From assembly GCF_009914755.1 (NCBI RefSeq), contig NC_060940.1: a stretch of DNA of 64,000 bases. One strand, given 5' to 3'. Source of the DNA: the human T2T-CHM13v2.0 reference genome, Homo sapiens. Position 1 is the first letter of the stretch, and every line of letters begins with the position of its first letter. Positions 45,145 to 59,304 of this stretch are shown one piece after another. A program made the translations under genes and the position numbers. Under the pieces are notes generated by a model, which saw nothing but the letters and a program-made list of their open reading frames with translations, was not told the origin of the DNA and ran no database searches.

Positions 45145-45557
45145 TGTTAAATTAAATTAAATTTGGCCTAAAGGTGCCTCCATACATAGTGACCTGCAAC
45201 CTTAGTATGTGAACAAATGGCAACCTAAGAGTATTCTTGTAAAAAAAAATGGCTGAGTCTCAGCCAATCACAGCAGCCAAGCTTCAGCCAATCACAGGCT
45301 GCCAATTGTTCAGACCACTTCTACATAAGGCAAATGCCTCATCACAGGATGCCTGGATAAGGCAAATGCCAACCCGTAGGTAATCAAGCTGTTTCTGCAG
45401 GGCAATTCCCTTTTCTGCCTATAAATACTGCCAGCCCTCATTGCTGGGTGAAGCTCTCTGAACCTCTCCTGGTTCAGGGTGCTGCCAGATTCGTAAATCA
45501 TTGTTCGTGCAGATCAACTCTGCTAAATGTAATTTGCCCTAAGTTTTTCTTTTAACA
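45145..45557 (+). mobile_element. ERV1 solo LTR, MER57 family
   Basis: Ends TGTTAAA...TTTAACA; 4-bp TSD ATGG; repeated agccaatcaca; TATAAATA at ~45420. Confidence 0.82.
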
Positions 45558-46426
45558 ATGGGGTGACTGGTTTTGAAAACTGAAGGCAGACTTTACATAG
45601 TTGTTGAAATGATATGGTAAAGATGTCCTTAAGGACAGGTCAGAAGGCAACAGATTGCAGCAACTGAAACTCCGAACAGTTAAGTGACCTGCCCCAAATC
45701 AAACAGCTGGTCCACAGTGCAGGGAGGCTCTTGACCCTCACACTCTCCTTAGCCACGATCTTAAACTGCCCCTTAGAAAAAAAACCCAAGCGTACAGGTT
45801 TCAAATCAGAGGATTTTCAACTAAGAGGAGTTCCAAGACAGGCTAACTAGAAACAACAGGTTCATTAAATGATGTCTTTTACTAAAAACAAATATTATAA
45901 ACTTTTAGTAAGAGCAGAGGCCCACAGTGAAGCTCAAAGTGACTACTTTTGAAAGGAAATTGCCATTGCTCTATCCACAGAAATACATCACACCTGTTAC
46001 CACTGCACACTCTTGGCTAGAGATCAGGCATACTCCAGCATAATAAGATAAAAAAAAATCCTTTTGCTTTAAGCTGTGTTCTCTTATTTAGATTAGAACA
46101 TAATGGTACTCACAATATTAAGAATTTAATGACTTAAAAGTCACTATACTACATATCACTGAGCAATGCAACGTGAAAAGATAATTTTCTATCCTCTCTT
46201 GCCCTTAGAAATTAAGTTCAGCAGGGTGAAGTAAAGTTCATGAATCCAGAAGATGGACTGACAAAACCTTTCCAACCAGTTGGTTCCCATTCCCCTCCAC
46301 CATCCGACCCTAAGGCTACAGATCAACTATATACAACATGTATGTATAGTTCCCATATACATGTGATTCTGAGACACCATTTAGAGCCCTATTTAAAATA
46401 AAATAATCTGCAGAGAATGGACTTAC

Positions 46427-48117
46427 GTAATTGCAACATTGCTCCCATCTATAACAATGTGTTTCAAATCCGTTCTCCCTGGTTCATTTTTTAATTCCAG
46501 CTTGTAGGGTATTTTTAGAGTATCTCGAAACCTTTGAACCCCAGTAACTGAGGAATCAATATGATCAGAAGGTCCTGCCGACCTTGCATCAGTAACCGAA
46601 GGTAACAGCTGGGGCAGTGGCATTGGTGGAGAAAGGGTTGAGCAATTTGGCTTAGAATGAGGAGAACTACAACATCCTAAACGTTTTTCACAGGCAGATT
46701 TCATATTATTTGGAAGCAAGGGTTCTGGCTGCTGGTGTAAACCATTTTCAGGAAAAAGTGGAACTCTGGGCTGGTGACTTGAAGCTCCCCTTGAAACAAA
46801 ATTGACTTCTTTGGGACTTGGAGAGGCAACAGAAGGTGAAAGGCCATCAGTTTCAGGGTCTGTGTTACAAATGTAGTTCTGGTTTGAACCCCAGACTTCA
46901 TGTTTCTGTTCTATTGGCACTGTTCTGAAAGTATTAATTCTACAATTTGAGGTACATGGTTTAGCTTCCACTTTGAATGGTAACTGAGAAAATTTTTCTA
47001 CCATATTTTGCTGTGTGTGAGCCTGTGTTTTCTTTGGAGTGGAATCAGTTGTAAGCTCATTTGTGCTGCTATAAACACCTTTATTTTTGGTTTTGTTGGT
47101 CTCTGGATACACTGTACCAGCTGAAAATTCTCTGTCTTCTTGGAATCTTTTATTTTCTTTTTCAATTTCCTCTAAGAGCAATAATGGTTCAGTAGATGGT
47201 CCATACACCTTAATGACCTTTTCAACAATTTCTTGGGAGTAGCCCATGGTTTTAAAAAAGTTTACGAGGATGTTGTATTCCATTTCCTCAGTAGTTTCTT
47301 TTATATCTGGACTTAAATTTTCAGAATCAGCAGAAGAATCAGATAGGTCAGCTATTACATTTCCAGCCAATGTCTTAGCATCGTGTAAAATCTCCCCCTC
47401 CTGAACATTTTCCAAAGAAAACTGCTTCTTCGTATGCCTTTCTTCAGAATCAGAAAATCTCCTTTTCTGACAAATTCTCTCATTGGAAAGTGCCTCTTCA
47501 TCTGGGGTTAGACCATTTATTGGATCAAAAAGCACATCTGGTGAGCTAGAAAGGACTGTGTCCATTTGTTTTGTAAGCTCAGAAACAGGAGTCCCAGCTT
47601 TATTTCTTGCCTCTTCCTGCAAAACAGTTTCATCTCTAGAAATATTCAGCCCTGTGGCAGCATTCTGTGTAAACTCTGTTTGTTGAGAATCTCTCATTTC
47701 AATAACCTCATCATCTCCTGTTTCAAAGAGATTCTCCTCACCTTGTGTGAGTGTCAAAAGTTCTTTTTTCAAGGAAGTGGGCAAAATCAACAAATCCATT
47801 GTGTAATTGTCTGCATGGGCTTCAACAAATTGTTTGAATTCCCTTTTCACCTCTGATTCTTTCTGACTACTGGGTAGGTTCTCTTTATTTTCAAAGAGCT
47901 TTACAAATTGTTGAATGTGACTCCTAGCCATGACCACAGCCTCAGCACTTCCTCTGATGCCAAGAAGGCCAATGTCCAGAATGCAGAGGTCAGCACAAGT
48001 ATCCTGAATCAAGCTTTTCAGAAACAGGCTCTCTGCCCCAACAAAAATGCAGTGCATGTCCTTGGGGTAACATTCTCTTTCTTCTAGTTCAGGTTCACAG
48101 ATTCCTTTAATATATTC
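46427..48117 (-). CDS. N4BP1: N4BP1 exon 2 (1691 nt; about residues 67-630: KH-like region, UBA-like domain, disordered linker, start of NYN RNase)
   Basis: The 544-aa ORF 46423..48057 matches N4BP1 (MHCIFVGAESLF...FFKTMGYSQEIVEKVI...KHIVIDGSNVAIT). The frame extends to acceptor tttacag|GAATAT (EYIKGICEPELEERECYPKD); donor ATTAC|gtaagt. Confidence 0.97.
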
Positions 48118-48584
48118 CTGTAAAGAGAAAATAAGAAATTAGGTCAATTTACAAAAGTTCCTTATAGCACATAATAAATTACCATGTAACTACAAATGTC
48201 AGGCCGATTTTATAAAAATCACAAGCATGTTTGTAATTTTGAACAAAATGTCATGTTTTAAATAAAACATTGAAAATAACAGATATAACTTGCTTAAACC
48301 ATCTTTAGAGGAACTGAAAACTCTGCATCCAAATCTAAAAGGTGGGTATTTTGTAACATTTTATGCAATGTGATCTTAGGGATTTGCTGAGCTACACAGT
48401 GAATAATCCCAAGGCTGGATTTATTTACATCTCTAATGAAAAGACATCTTTGCTTGCTACCAGTAATTTATTACTTCCATGACATAATCAAGAGATAAGA
48501 TAATCAAATCAAGTGATTGACTACAGAACAAATCTTGACTTTTGCTACTATTACCCTTGGTTTCCAGATTTCTTGAAGGTATAA

Positions 48585-48651
48585 AAGAATAACATTAATT
48601 TTTTTTTTCAAAGCAAAAGCAAGTTTATTAAGAAGCAAGAATAACATTAAT
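48585..48651 (-). mobile_element. 37-bp polyadenylated micro-insertion with 15-bp TSD
   Basis: aagaataacattaat at 48585-48599 and 48637-48651 flanks T9 + caaagcaaaagcaagtttattaagaagc. Confidence 0.8.
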
Positions 48652-48839
48652 AAAAAATTTTTTTCCAGCTGGTTGAAACAATCTATATCCTGTATGATTT
48701 TCTGTCTGTTTTCTAAAGAAAACCAGACTGTTAAATTAAATGCAGATCTAACAGAACAAGTGAATGCTGGACAGTATTGGTGTTCTCAGATGTTGGTATT
48801 GAAATAAAAAATTTAAAAAAAAAAGTTTTCTTTTAATTT

Positions 48840-49037
<198 letters not shown>

Positions 49038-49084
49038 TTTTTTAAATTTTTAATTGACAAATAATGATTGTATATATATATATA

Positions 49085-49460
49085 ATTTTTTTTTTTTGAG
49101 ATGGAGTTTTGTTCTAGTCACCCAGGCTGGAGTGGAATGGCGCGATCTCCCAGGTTCAAGCGACTCTTCTGCCTCAGCCTCCCAAGTAGCTGGGATTACA
49201 GGCATGTGCCACGACACCTGGCTAATTTTGTACGCTAGATGGGGTTTCACCATGTTGGCCAAGCTGGTCTTGAACTCCTGACCTCAGGTGATCCCCCTGC
49301 CTCCACCTCCCAAATTGCTGGGATTACAATTAGTTGCTACTGATTGAAACAGTCTATATCCTATGATTTTTTTGTCTGTTTTCTAAAGAAAATCAGACTG
49401 TTAAATTAAATGCAGATCTAATAGAACAAGTGAATGCTGGCGTGAGCCACTGTGCCTGGC
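49085..49460 (-). mobile_element. AluS interrupted by a ~110-bp locally templated insertion
   Basis: gggattaca[insert]ggcgtgagccac. Confidence 0.88.
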
Positions 49461-51879
49461 TGATTGTATATATTCATGGGTTACACAGGGAAGTCTCAAT
49501 ACATATAATAATGTATAGTGATCAGAACAGGGTAATTAGCATATCCATTTCAAACATTTAGCATTTCTCTGTGTTGGGAGCACTCTATATCCTCCTTCTA
49601 GCTATTTGAAACTATATATTATTGTTAACTGTAGTCATTCTACAGTGATATGGAACACTAGAATTTATTCTCCCCAGGGAGCTGTAATTTTGTATCTATT
49701 AACAAATCTCTCCCTATCCTTCCTAGTCTCTAGTAGCCTTCTATTTTCTAATTGTTTTTTTACTGTTGAGTTTTGAGAGCTCTTTATATATCCTAAGAGT
49801 CTTTTGTCAAATATGTGGCTTGCAGATATTTTCTCCTGGTCTGTAGTTTGTCTTCCCATCCTCTTAACAGGGTGTTTTGTGACAGCAAGTTTTTACTTTT
49901 AAGGAAGTTCGGTTTTTAGATTTTATTCTTCACCAAGCCTGGGGTACTGAAGACCTCTCCAATGTTATCGTCTAAGTTTTACATTTAAACCTATGATCCA
50001 TTTTTAGTACATTTTAAAAGAAGGTGTGAGGGTTAGCTTGAGCTTCACATTTTTGCCTATAGGTATAATATTGCTCTAGCACCATTTCTTGAAAAGGCTA
50101 TTCTTTCACTACTGAATTGCACTTTTGTCAAAAAATCACTTTGCCATACTTGTGTGGAACTACTTGTGAGTTCCCTATTCTGTTCCAATCTGTGTAAATC
50201 TATCCCTTCATCAAGACCACACCGTTTTGATTACTGTAACTCTATAATTTCTTAAAATTGGGTAATGATTTGCTCCCTCTTTATAATTTTTAAAATTGCT
50301 TTAATTATTCCAGTTCCTTTGTCTTCCCATACACATTTTAGAATAATTTTGTCTGTGTCTGCAAAATATCTTGCTGGAATTTTATCAGCAATTGTGCTGA
50401 CAATTATGTGTCAGCAAGTGACATGAATCTGAGCATAACTGACATCTGCTGAGTCTCCTGATCCATGAACCTGGTATTTCTCTCCATTTATTTAGATTTC
50501 ATTTGCTTTCTTTCATTAGCCTTTTGAGTTTTGAGAATACAAATCCTGTACATGTTTTGCTAGATTTCACGTTTTAAGAATTTTATTTTTCTGAGTGATT
50601 GTACAGTGTTGTACTTTAAATTTTGGTTTCTATGTGTCCACTGTTAGTATATACAAATATAATTGATTTCTGTATGTTAATCATGTATCTTGAAACCTTC
50701 CTGAACTCACTTATTCCTATTGAAAGTTCAAGGATCTGTGTGTATGTGTAGTTTCCTGGGGAATTCCTACACAGACAATTGTATCATCTACAAATATTTC
50801 TTCTTTTCTGATTTATATGCCGTTTATTTTCTTGCCTTATTGCAGTGGCTAGAAGTACAGCACTATGTTGGCGAGCAGTGGTGAGACTGGGTATGCTTGC
50901 CTTGTTAATGATCTACAGGGAAGCACTCAATCTTTCTCACCATTAAGAATGATGTAACAGGGAAAGTTTTTACCAACGTTCTTTATCACATTGAGGAAGT
51001 TACCTATTCTCTAGGATCATGAATATGGATGGGTGTTGAAATTTGTCAAATGCTTTACTCCATCAATTGATATAATCCTGTGATTATTTTTCTTCCTAAG
51101 CCTGTTAATATGGTTGGTTACATTGACTTCTGAATACTGAACCAGCCTTGCATCCCTGGAATAACCCCTACATGATTATGGTGTATAATTCTTTCACATA
51201 TTGCTGAATTATATTTGCAAATATTTTGTTAAGAATCTATACGGACTCTGGTCTACAGTTTTCCTTTTTGGTACTGTTTTTGTCTGCGTTTACCATCAGA
51301 GTAATACAGGCTATACATGAGTTAGAAAGTGTTCTCTCCTCTTGCAGTTCTTGGAAGAGACTGTGTAGAATTGATGTTCATTCTTTTTTAGACATTTTGT
51401 AGAATTCTCCAGTGAAACAACCTGGGCCTGGAGATTTCTTTTATAGGGGTTCAAAAATTATCAATTCGATTTCCTTAATAGACAATTTTGAATAGCCTTA
51501 TAGCTATTTCATATGAAGTGAGTCATGGCAGTTTGTGCCTTTTGAGGAATTGGTCCATTTCAACTAAGTCATCAAATTCATGTATGTAGAGTTGTTTGTA
51601 GTTTTCTTATCTTTTTGATGTCTGCAAAGACACCCTGGTTTCATTCCTGATATTAGTAGTTTGCAGCTTCTCTCATCTTTGTTAGTGTTGCTAAGAGACT
51701 TGTTGATTTTATTGATCTTTTCAAAGAACAAGCTTTCATTTCACTGATTTTCTCTATTGTCAGTGTTTTCAACTTCATTAATTTCTGCTCTTTATTATAT
51801 TTTCCTTCTGCTTGCTTTGGGCTTATTCTGCTCTTCTTTTTCTAGTTCCTTGAACCTTAAATTATCAAGACTTTTCTTT

Positions 51880-52017
51880 TCTTTCTTTTATTATTATTAT
51901 AGAGGCAAGATCTTGCTATGTTGTCAAGGTTAGTCTCAAACTCTGGGGCTCCAGCAATCCTCCCACCTTGGCCTCCCAAAGTGTTGGGATTTCAGGCATG
52001 AGCCACTGGGCCCAGCC
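51880..52017 (-). mobile_element. FLAM / Alu monomer
   Basis: Reverse monomer. Confidence 0.8.
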
Positions 52018-52992
52018 TCTTCTTTTCTAATGTAAGCATTTAAGTGGCAGAAGTTTCCCTTTCAGCACCGCTTTAGTGGCATCCTGAAACTTTGATATGC
52101 TGCATTTTCATTTAGTTCAATATATTTTTCAAAATTTCCCTTTGACTCGTAAATTTAGAAGTGTTACTTAGTTTTTAAGTTTTTGAAGATTTCCTGCTAT
52201 CCTTCTGTTGGTGATTTTTAGTTGGATCTCTTTGTGGTCAAAACACTGTATGATTTCAATTATTTTAAATTTATTGAGCACTGTTTTGTAGCCCAGGATA
52301 AGGTCTATCTTGATAGTTCTATGGGTGCTCATAAAGAATGTGTACTCTGATGTTGTTGAGTGGGATGTTTTATAGATGTGTATTAGAACCTGGCTGGTTG
52401 ATGGTGGTGCTGAGTTCCTCTAGATCCTCATTTATTTTCTGTTTAATGGTTCCATCAACTGTTGAGAGAAGGGTGTTGAAGTCTCCAACTGTAACTGTGG
52501 ATTTATCAAGTTCTCCTTTCAGTTCTGCCAGTTTTTGGTTCACATATTTTGCAGCTCTACTGATAGGAATATAAAGATTTAGCACTGTTACATAATGTCT
52601 TCTTGAATTGACCCTCTTGCCATTATGTAGTGTCTCTCTTAATCTCTGGTAACTTTCTTTGCTCTGAAGGCTACTGATAGTAATATTGACAATCCAGCTT
52701 TCTTTTAAATAATGTTTGCATGGCACATGTCTTTCCTCCTCCTTTTACATTTTACTTACCTGTAATATTTGAATTCAGTTTCTTGAAGACACCAGATAAT
52801 TTCATTATATGTTTTTAATCCACTGACGGTGCCTGTCTTTTAATTGGAGTGTTGATTTACATTTAATGTAATTATTGGCAAATCTGTCTACCATTTTACT
52901 TGTTTTCTGCTTGCTTCCTATATTTGATTCCTGTTCTATCTTGCCTTCTTTTGCATTATACAAACACTTAGTATAATAATTTACCTACTGCA

Positions 52993-53322
<330 letters not shown>

Positions 53323-53413
53323 TAGTTTTTAAGTGGTGATGCCACTGATTACAACATTCTTTTCACAGCCTACTTATCATCAATATTCTATCATTTCATA
53401 AAACTATACCACT

Positions 53414-53952
53414 TATATTAATCATGTTTCTTATTTTCTATATGATGTTTTGACATCTTGGGGGACCTTTCAGACCATGAGAGAGGCTGCCCCTTCCAGA
53501 GCCAGCTAATTCCTAGGGGTGGTCCCCAGCTTGTCTGGAGAATGCCTTTTAGGTGTAGACTGCTTGACCCAATGCTATGCTCCCTCTCATCTCTTAAACT
53601 CTCACATACCAAGCCAATATTTCCCCTGCACTAAATCAACCTAAGGCCAGGTACCAGACAACCAGAGACAGTCCCTACAGAGCCTATGAGAATTATTCAA
53701 ACTATCTAATCCTAAACTGTTTACCTCACCCTGCCTTCCCTTTCCCACAGAAGCCCCAATAAAGTCTCTGGCTTAGGCTTTCCTCTGGCCTGCTTCTGCC
53801 TCCTGACCAAACCCTGATGCTTTCCCTGTGGTCCTGCATGGCATGGCATGTCCCCTTCTCTCAGCAAATGTAAGTAGTAAATTCTTTCACTGGCACTGAC
53901 CCGTGTTGTCACCTCCATAAATTCAAATCCCGTTGGTAAAAATTTTAGGACA
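53414..53952 (+). mobile_element. ERVL-type solo LTR, probably MER74
   Basis: tatattaatcatgtttc...ttgacatcttggggg...gctaattcctag; AATAAA at ~53758; ends ggaca. Confidence 0.7.
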
Positions 53953-55064
53953 CCAGCATACTAGTTTCTTTATTCCTGGGTTCCTTTCCTCTCTCCCAAT
54001 GTTAGGTTACAGTGATCTCATACATTATATTTACATGCATTTGAAACCCCATCAGACAACATTATAATTTTTCTTTCAATGTATGAAACTCATTTTAAAG
54101 AAATCAAGAGGAGAAAGTAACCTATTACATTTACCCAGATATTTACCATTTATATCTGAAGAACTTTCCTTAGGAGAATACCTAAGGAATAGACTGTTCA
54201 GTGTAGACTATGGGCAATAATTTATCTTTAGTTTTTCTTCAACTGAGAATGCTTTATTTCATTTTCATTCTTGAAGGATAATTTCACTGGATAGAGAATT
54301 CTGGGTTAACATTTTTTTCTTCCCCAGCAAACTGAGAATAGAAGAAAATGGGTTAACATTTCTTGTCTTTCATCACTTAAAAAATATTGTGCCACTTTCT
54401 TCTGTCCTTCGCAGTTTCTGATAAGTCACAGTCATTTGAATTGTTGTTCCTCCACATGTGGTATGCTTTTCTCTGGATGCTTGCATGATTTTTACGTTCT
54501 CAGTTTTCAGCAGTGTGCTTTCGATGTGTCTGGGTGTGCAAATCTTTGGGTTTATTCTGGTTGTGTTCCGTGAGCTTCTTGAATCATCATGTTTATATCT
54601 TTTGCCAAACTTGAAATGTCTTCAGCAGTTATTTCTTCAAATACTTTTTCAGCATCACATGCTTTTGCCATTTGGTTCCTCTATCTTCTATTTCTTTGCT
54701 GAAACTTACTTTTTCTAATGGTTTTAAGAGTATTTGGGATTGCCTGTGGAGTGTTTTCAGTTGCCGGTTGAATATTTCAGTCTTTTGTCAAATAATTGCA
54801 ACATCTATGTCATCTCAGCACTGCTGTCTTTTCCTATAAGAGTTGAGATTTTCCTACCCCTTTATATGCCAATTTTGAATTATATCCATTTTGAACAATG
54901 CAAAATTACGTTTTGAAACCTTCAATCTTGTTTAAATCTTACAAATACTGAAACTTTTGTTTTAGCAGATAGTTGACGTAATTAGATTCAGGCTGCAAGC
55001 TGCAACCTGTCTTCTGAGCTGTGGTTCCAATATCAGTTCAGTTTTCAAAGCCCTGCAATGCTAT

Positions 55065-55368
55065 TATTTAATTTTTATTTTTGAGACAGGGTCTTGCTCT
55101 TGTCACCTAGGCTGGAGTGCAGTGGTGCCATCATAGCTCACTGCAGCCTCAACCTACTGGTTCAAGTGATCCACCCTCCTCAGCCTCCCAAGTAGCTGAG
55201 AACACAGGCACATGCCACCACGCCTGGCTAATTTTTGTATTTTTTGAAGAGATAGGGTTTCTCCATGTTGCCCAGGCTGGCCTTGAACTCACCGCTGGGC
55301 TCAAGCAATCCACCTGCCTTGGCCTCTCAAAGTGCTGGGATTATAGGCATGAGCCACCATGCCTGGCC
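55065..55368 (-). mobile_element. AluJ
   Basis: Reverse dimer; TSD tgcaatgctat. Confidence 0.9.
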
Positions 55369-56019
55369 TGCAATGCTATATATCTATCCCACATGTATGC
55401 CACTGTGTAGCCATTCTGGGACTTGGATGGTGGTCTTTTTGTTAATTCAATTCTCAAAAGCCTTTCTTATGCTGATGAGGAACAGATCCATGCACGTGTA
55501 CCTTGGGGATGAGCCAAGGGGATCATGAACAACTTCGTGGCTCACTTTCCTGAACTCCTCCCTCTCTGCCATCTACCTGGTGCTTTCTGGTTTCCTGGGG
55601 CTCTCCCTTTGGTCCTCCACCTAGAAAGATGGGGCTTTTAATTAACCCACTGCCTTGTACCTCTGCAACTGGGCTTGGATCCAGCTAGGACACACAGAGA
55701 GAAAAATCAATGGAGACCACAACTCCAATTAGAGAGAAAGGTTCTCCTACGTTGGAATTTTGGTTCCTGCAAGCTTCGATTGCCACCACATGATTACTTG
55801 GGGCTGGGTTACATGAGAATAAAGAAGAAAAAAAAGGGGTGGGGGTGGGCTCACTCTCGGTTTTAGATGTTTCCTTTTCTGTCCCTTGGGCTGAAACCAG
55901 AAGGCTTTTCCTGGTGTGTCCTGGTGCCCATTTCCACTTCCAGGTGGAGCTGTGTTGTGTTCATGCTGGAGGATTAATGAGGGGAACAAATGGTAAACTC
56001 ACTGCTGGTTTGGTGATAC

Positions 56020-56329
<310 letters not shown>

Positions 56330-56502
56330 TAAATTCTGGTCTTTGTTCTAAATCTGCCTGCTATTATTTATTTTTCAGGGCCCTCAAATAGTTGCTGTAT
56401 GCATTCTGCCCGGGTTTTACTGCTGTATTCAGTAGGACTGACAGGGTGGAGTATGCTTACTCTTTTTTTTAAATTGATATAATATTCAGCAATCTTGCTA
56501 AA

Positions 56503-56765
56503 CTTTTTTTGAGATAAGAGTCTCACTCTGTCACCCAGCCTGGAGTGCAGTGGCACTGAGTTCAAGTGATTCTCCTGTCTTGGCCTCCCGAATAGCTGGG
56601 ATTACAGGTGTGTGCCACCTCACGTGGCTAATTTTTCTATTTTTAGTAGAGACAGCGTTTCACCATGTTGGCCAGGCTGGTCTAGAACTCCTGGTTTCAA
56701 GGGATCCTTCTGCCTCGGCCTCCCAAAGTGCCGGTATTAAAGGCGTGAGCCACTGTGCCTGGGCA
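56503..56765 (-). mobile_element. AluS with an internal deletion
   Basis: Reverse dimer. Confidence 0.87.
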
Positions 56766-57591
56766 GCTTACTCTATCTTATCCAGAACTGGAAACTTCTT
56801 GCCTGTTAATGTAAGTGATGCTGCCCATCCAACATGAGTAAGTGAATAGATGAATTCACATGGGTCAAATACTATTGAGATTACTGTGCAGACACTTGGA
56901 TAAGGAAAAGTTGATCATATCTCCTCCGTGGGCCACCAGCAACAACCAGCCAAGCTGAAGAGGAGAGATTTATTCTCCAGATGAAAGACCCTCAAAACAA
57001 ATGCTCCCTCAAAAGGGGCTATTGCTATATCTGACCCAAGATAGAGCCCACCTAATGACAGATTCTGCCCAGATACAGAGCTTCCATTTCAGATTTAGTG
57101 TCAAACATCAAAAGCACCCACGCTGGAACAAAGGCCTGAATACAAAAGATGGAAACCAATTAAGCAGATCACATGGAGAACTGCAGGAAACTAGGTAATG
57201 CAGGTCACAAAAGAAAACCTTCACAAAATTTTAGTAAGTGGTTTCAAACAGATATAAGATGAGACTGAACCCACAGAACAGGAATCAGGATGCTAAAAGA
57301 AGGGAAAGGAAGGAAGAAAAAGAAGAGGAAAAGGAAAGAAATCAGAATAGAAATGTGGGCAAATTAAGAATATGATGGCAAAAATAAGAATCAATAGAAA
57401 AACTGAAAGACAAAGGGGAAGAAACCTTTCTAAAAGTACCATGAAAACAAAGAAACGGGAAAAATAAGGAAAGAGGCCTTAAAGGTCCACCTAGGATATC
57501 CCAAATCCAAATAACTAGCATTTCAAAAAGAGAATGGCAATTAATACAGAAGTAACATAAAATCATTTCCCAGAACCAGAATACACAGGAA

Positions 57592-57890
57592 GCCTGGGTG
57601 AGGTCACGAGCCTCTAATCCCATCACTTTTGGAGGCTGAGGTAGGTGGATCACTTGAGGCCAGGAGTTTTGAGACCAGCCTGGGCAACATGGAGAAACCC
57701 CATCTCTATAAAAAACACAAAAATTAGCCAGGCATGGTGGCATGTGCCTGTAGTCCCAGCCACCCGGAGACTGAGGTGAGTGGGTCACTTGAGCCCAGGA
57801 AGTCGAGGCTGCAGTGAGCCATGTTTGCACCACTGCACCCCAGCCAAGGTGATAGGGTGAGACCCTGTCTCTAAATAAATAAATAAAATA
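57592..57890 (+). mobile_element. AluJ within an old L1/HAL1-like ORF1 remnant
   Basis: Full dimer with (TAAA)n tail; purine-rich flanks. Confidence 0.85.
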
Positions 57891-58520
57891 CATAAGAACT
57901 CAAGCATAATTAGTGGAACAATTACAACTTTCTTGGAACGAAAGGACAGAAACATCTTGAAAGGGAAAACAAAATACCTAGGCATGATTATTTTCAAAAG
58001 TCCCACAAGAAAAATCCTGGGAGCAGGGTGGGAACAGGACATACAAAAGAATGACAGTAAGAATGTCACAAATTATCAAAAGCAATTCTGGATGATGGGG
58101 GAGGGGGGACAGGCAGGCAGTAATGTATCCAAAATTCTAAGGGAAGATGATTTTCAATCTATAATTCTATACCTATCCACATTACATATCGCATACAATA
58201 TAGAATAAAGACCCATAAAATTACTCCTATGGATTCTTTTCTTAGCAAACAGGTATCTGACAATGAAATTCACCAAAATAAGGGAGATGAAATAATTAGT
58301 TATACAATCCAAGAGTGGCAACTAGAAGTCCAAACATCATAGCTATGCAGCAGACAAGCCGAGGAACCAGTGGATTGGAGGAGGGAAGAGGATTTTAGAG
58401 TTGTTCTCCTCAAAAGGACGCTAAATAGAGATATAAATAAATACTTATAAAGTATTAAGGGTAGATATAAAACACATTTCACAAGTGGATGAAAACAGGG
58501 CAGATACAAATTTCAGGAAA

Positions 58521-58808
58521 GGCTTGGGCGTGGTGGCTCACATCTATAATTCCAGCACTTTGGGAGGCTGAGGTGGGAGAATCACTTGAGCTCAGGAGTT
58601 TGAGGCCAGCCTGGGCAATACAAAAAGTTAAAAAATTAGCCGAGCATGGTGGTGCATGTCTGTAGTAGCAGCTACTCAGGAAGCTGAGGTGGGAGGACTT
58701 GCCTGAGCCTGGGTACAGGCTGCAGTGACCCGAGATGTGCCACTGCACTCTAGCCTGGGCAACAGAGCAAGACCTTGTCTCAAAAAAAAAAAAAAAGAAA
58801 AAAGAAAA
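58521..58808 (+). mobile_element. AluJ
   Basis: TSD-like aaattcaggaaa. Confidence 0.88.
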
Positions 58809-58933
58809 TTCAGGAAAAAATTAAAAGTTGTACCAAAAAACCCCCATAAATGTAGTACAGTACTTGGCGCTGCACTGGGTAACTAAAAAACATAACTATA
58901 TTGGAAAAACTGGGATAGTTTTTGTCTCATTTA

Positions 58934-59292
<359 letters not shown>

Positions 59293-59304
59293 ACCCCAGC
59301 AATA

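Noticed and set aside
52370-52726. Endonuclease-like ORF
   Set aside because: Fragment of a dead L1 ORF2.
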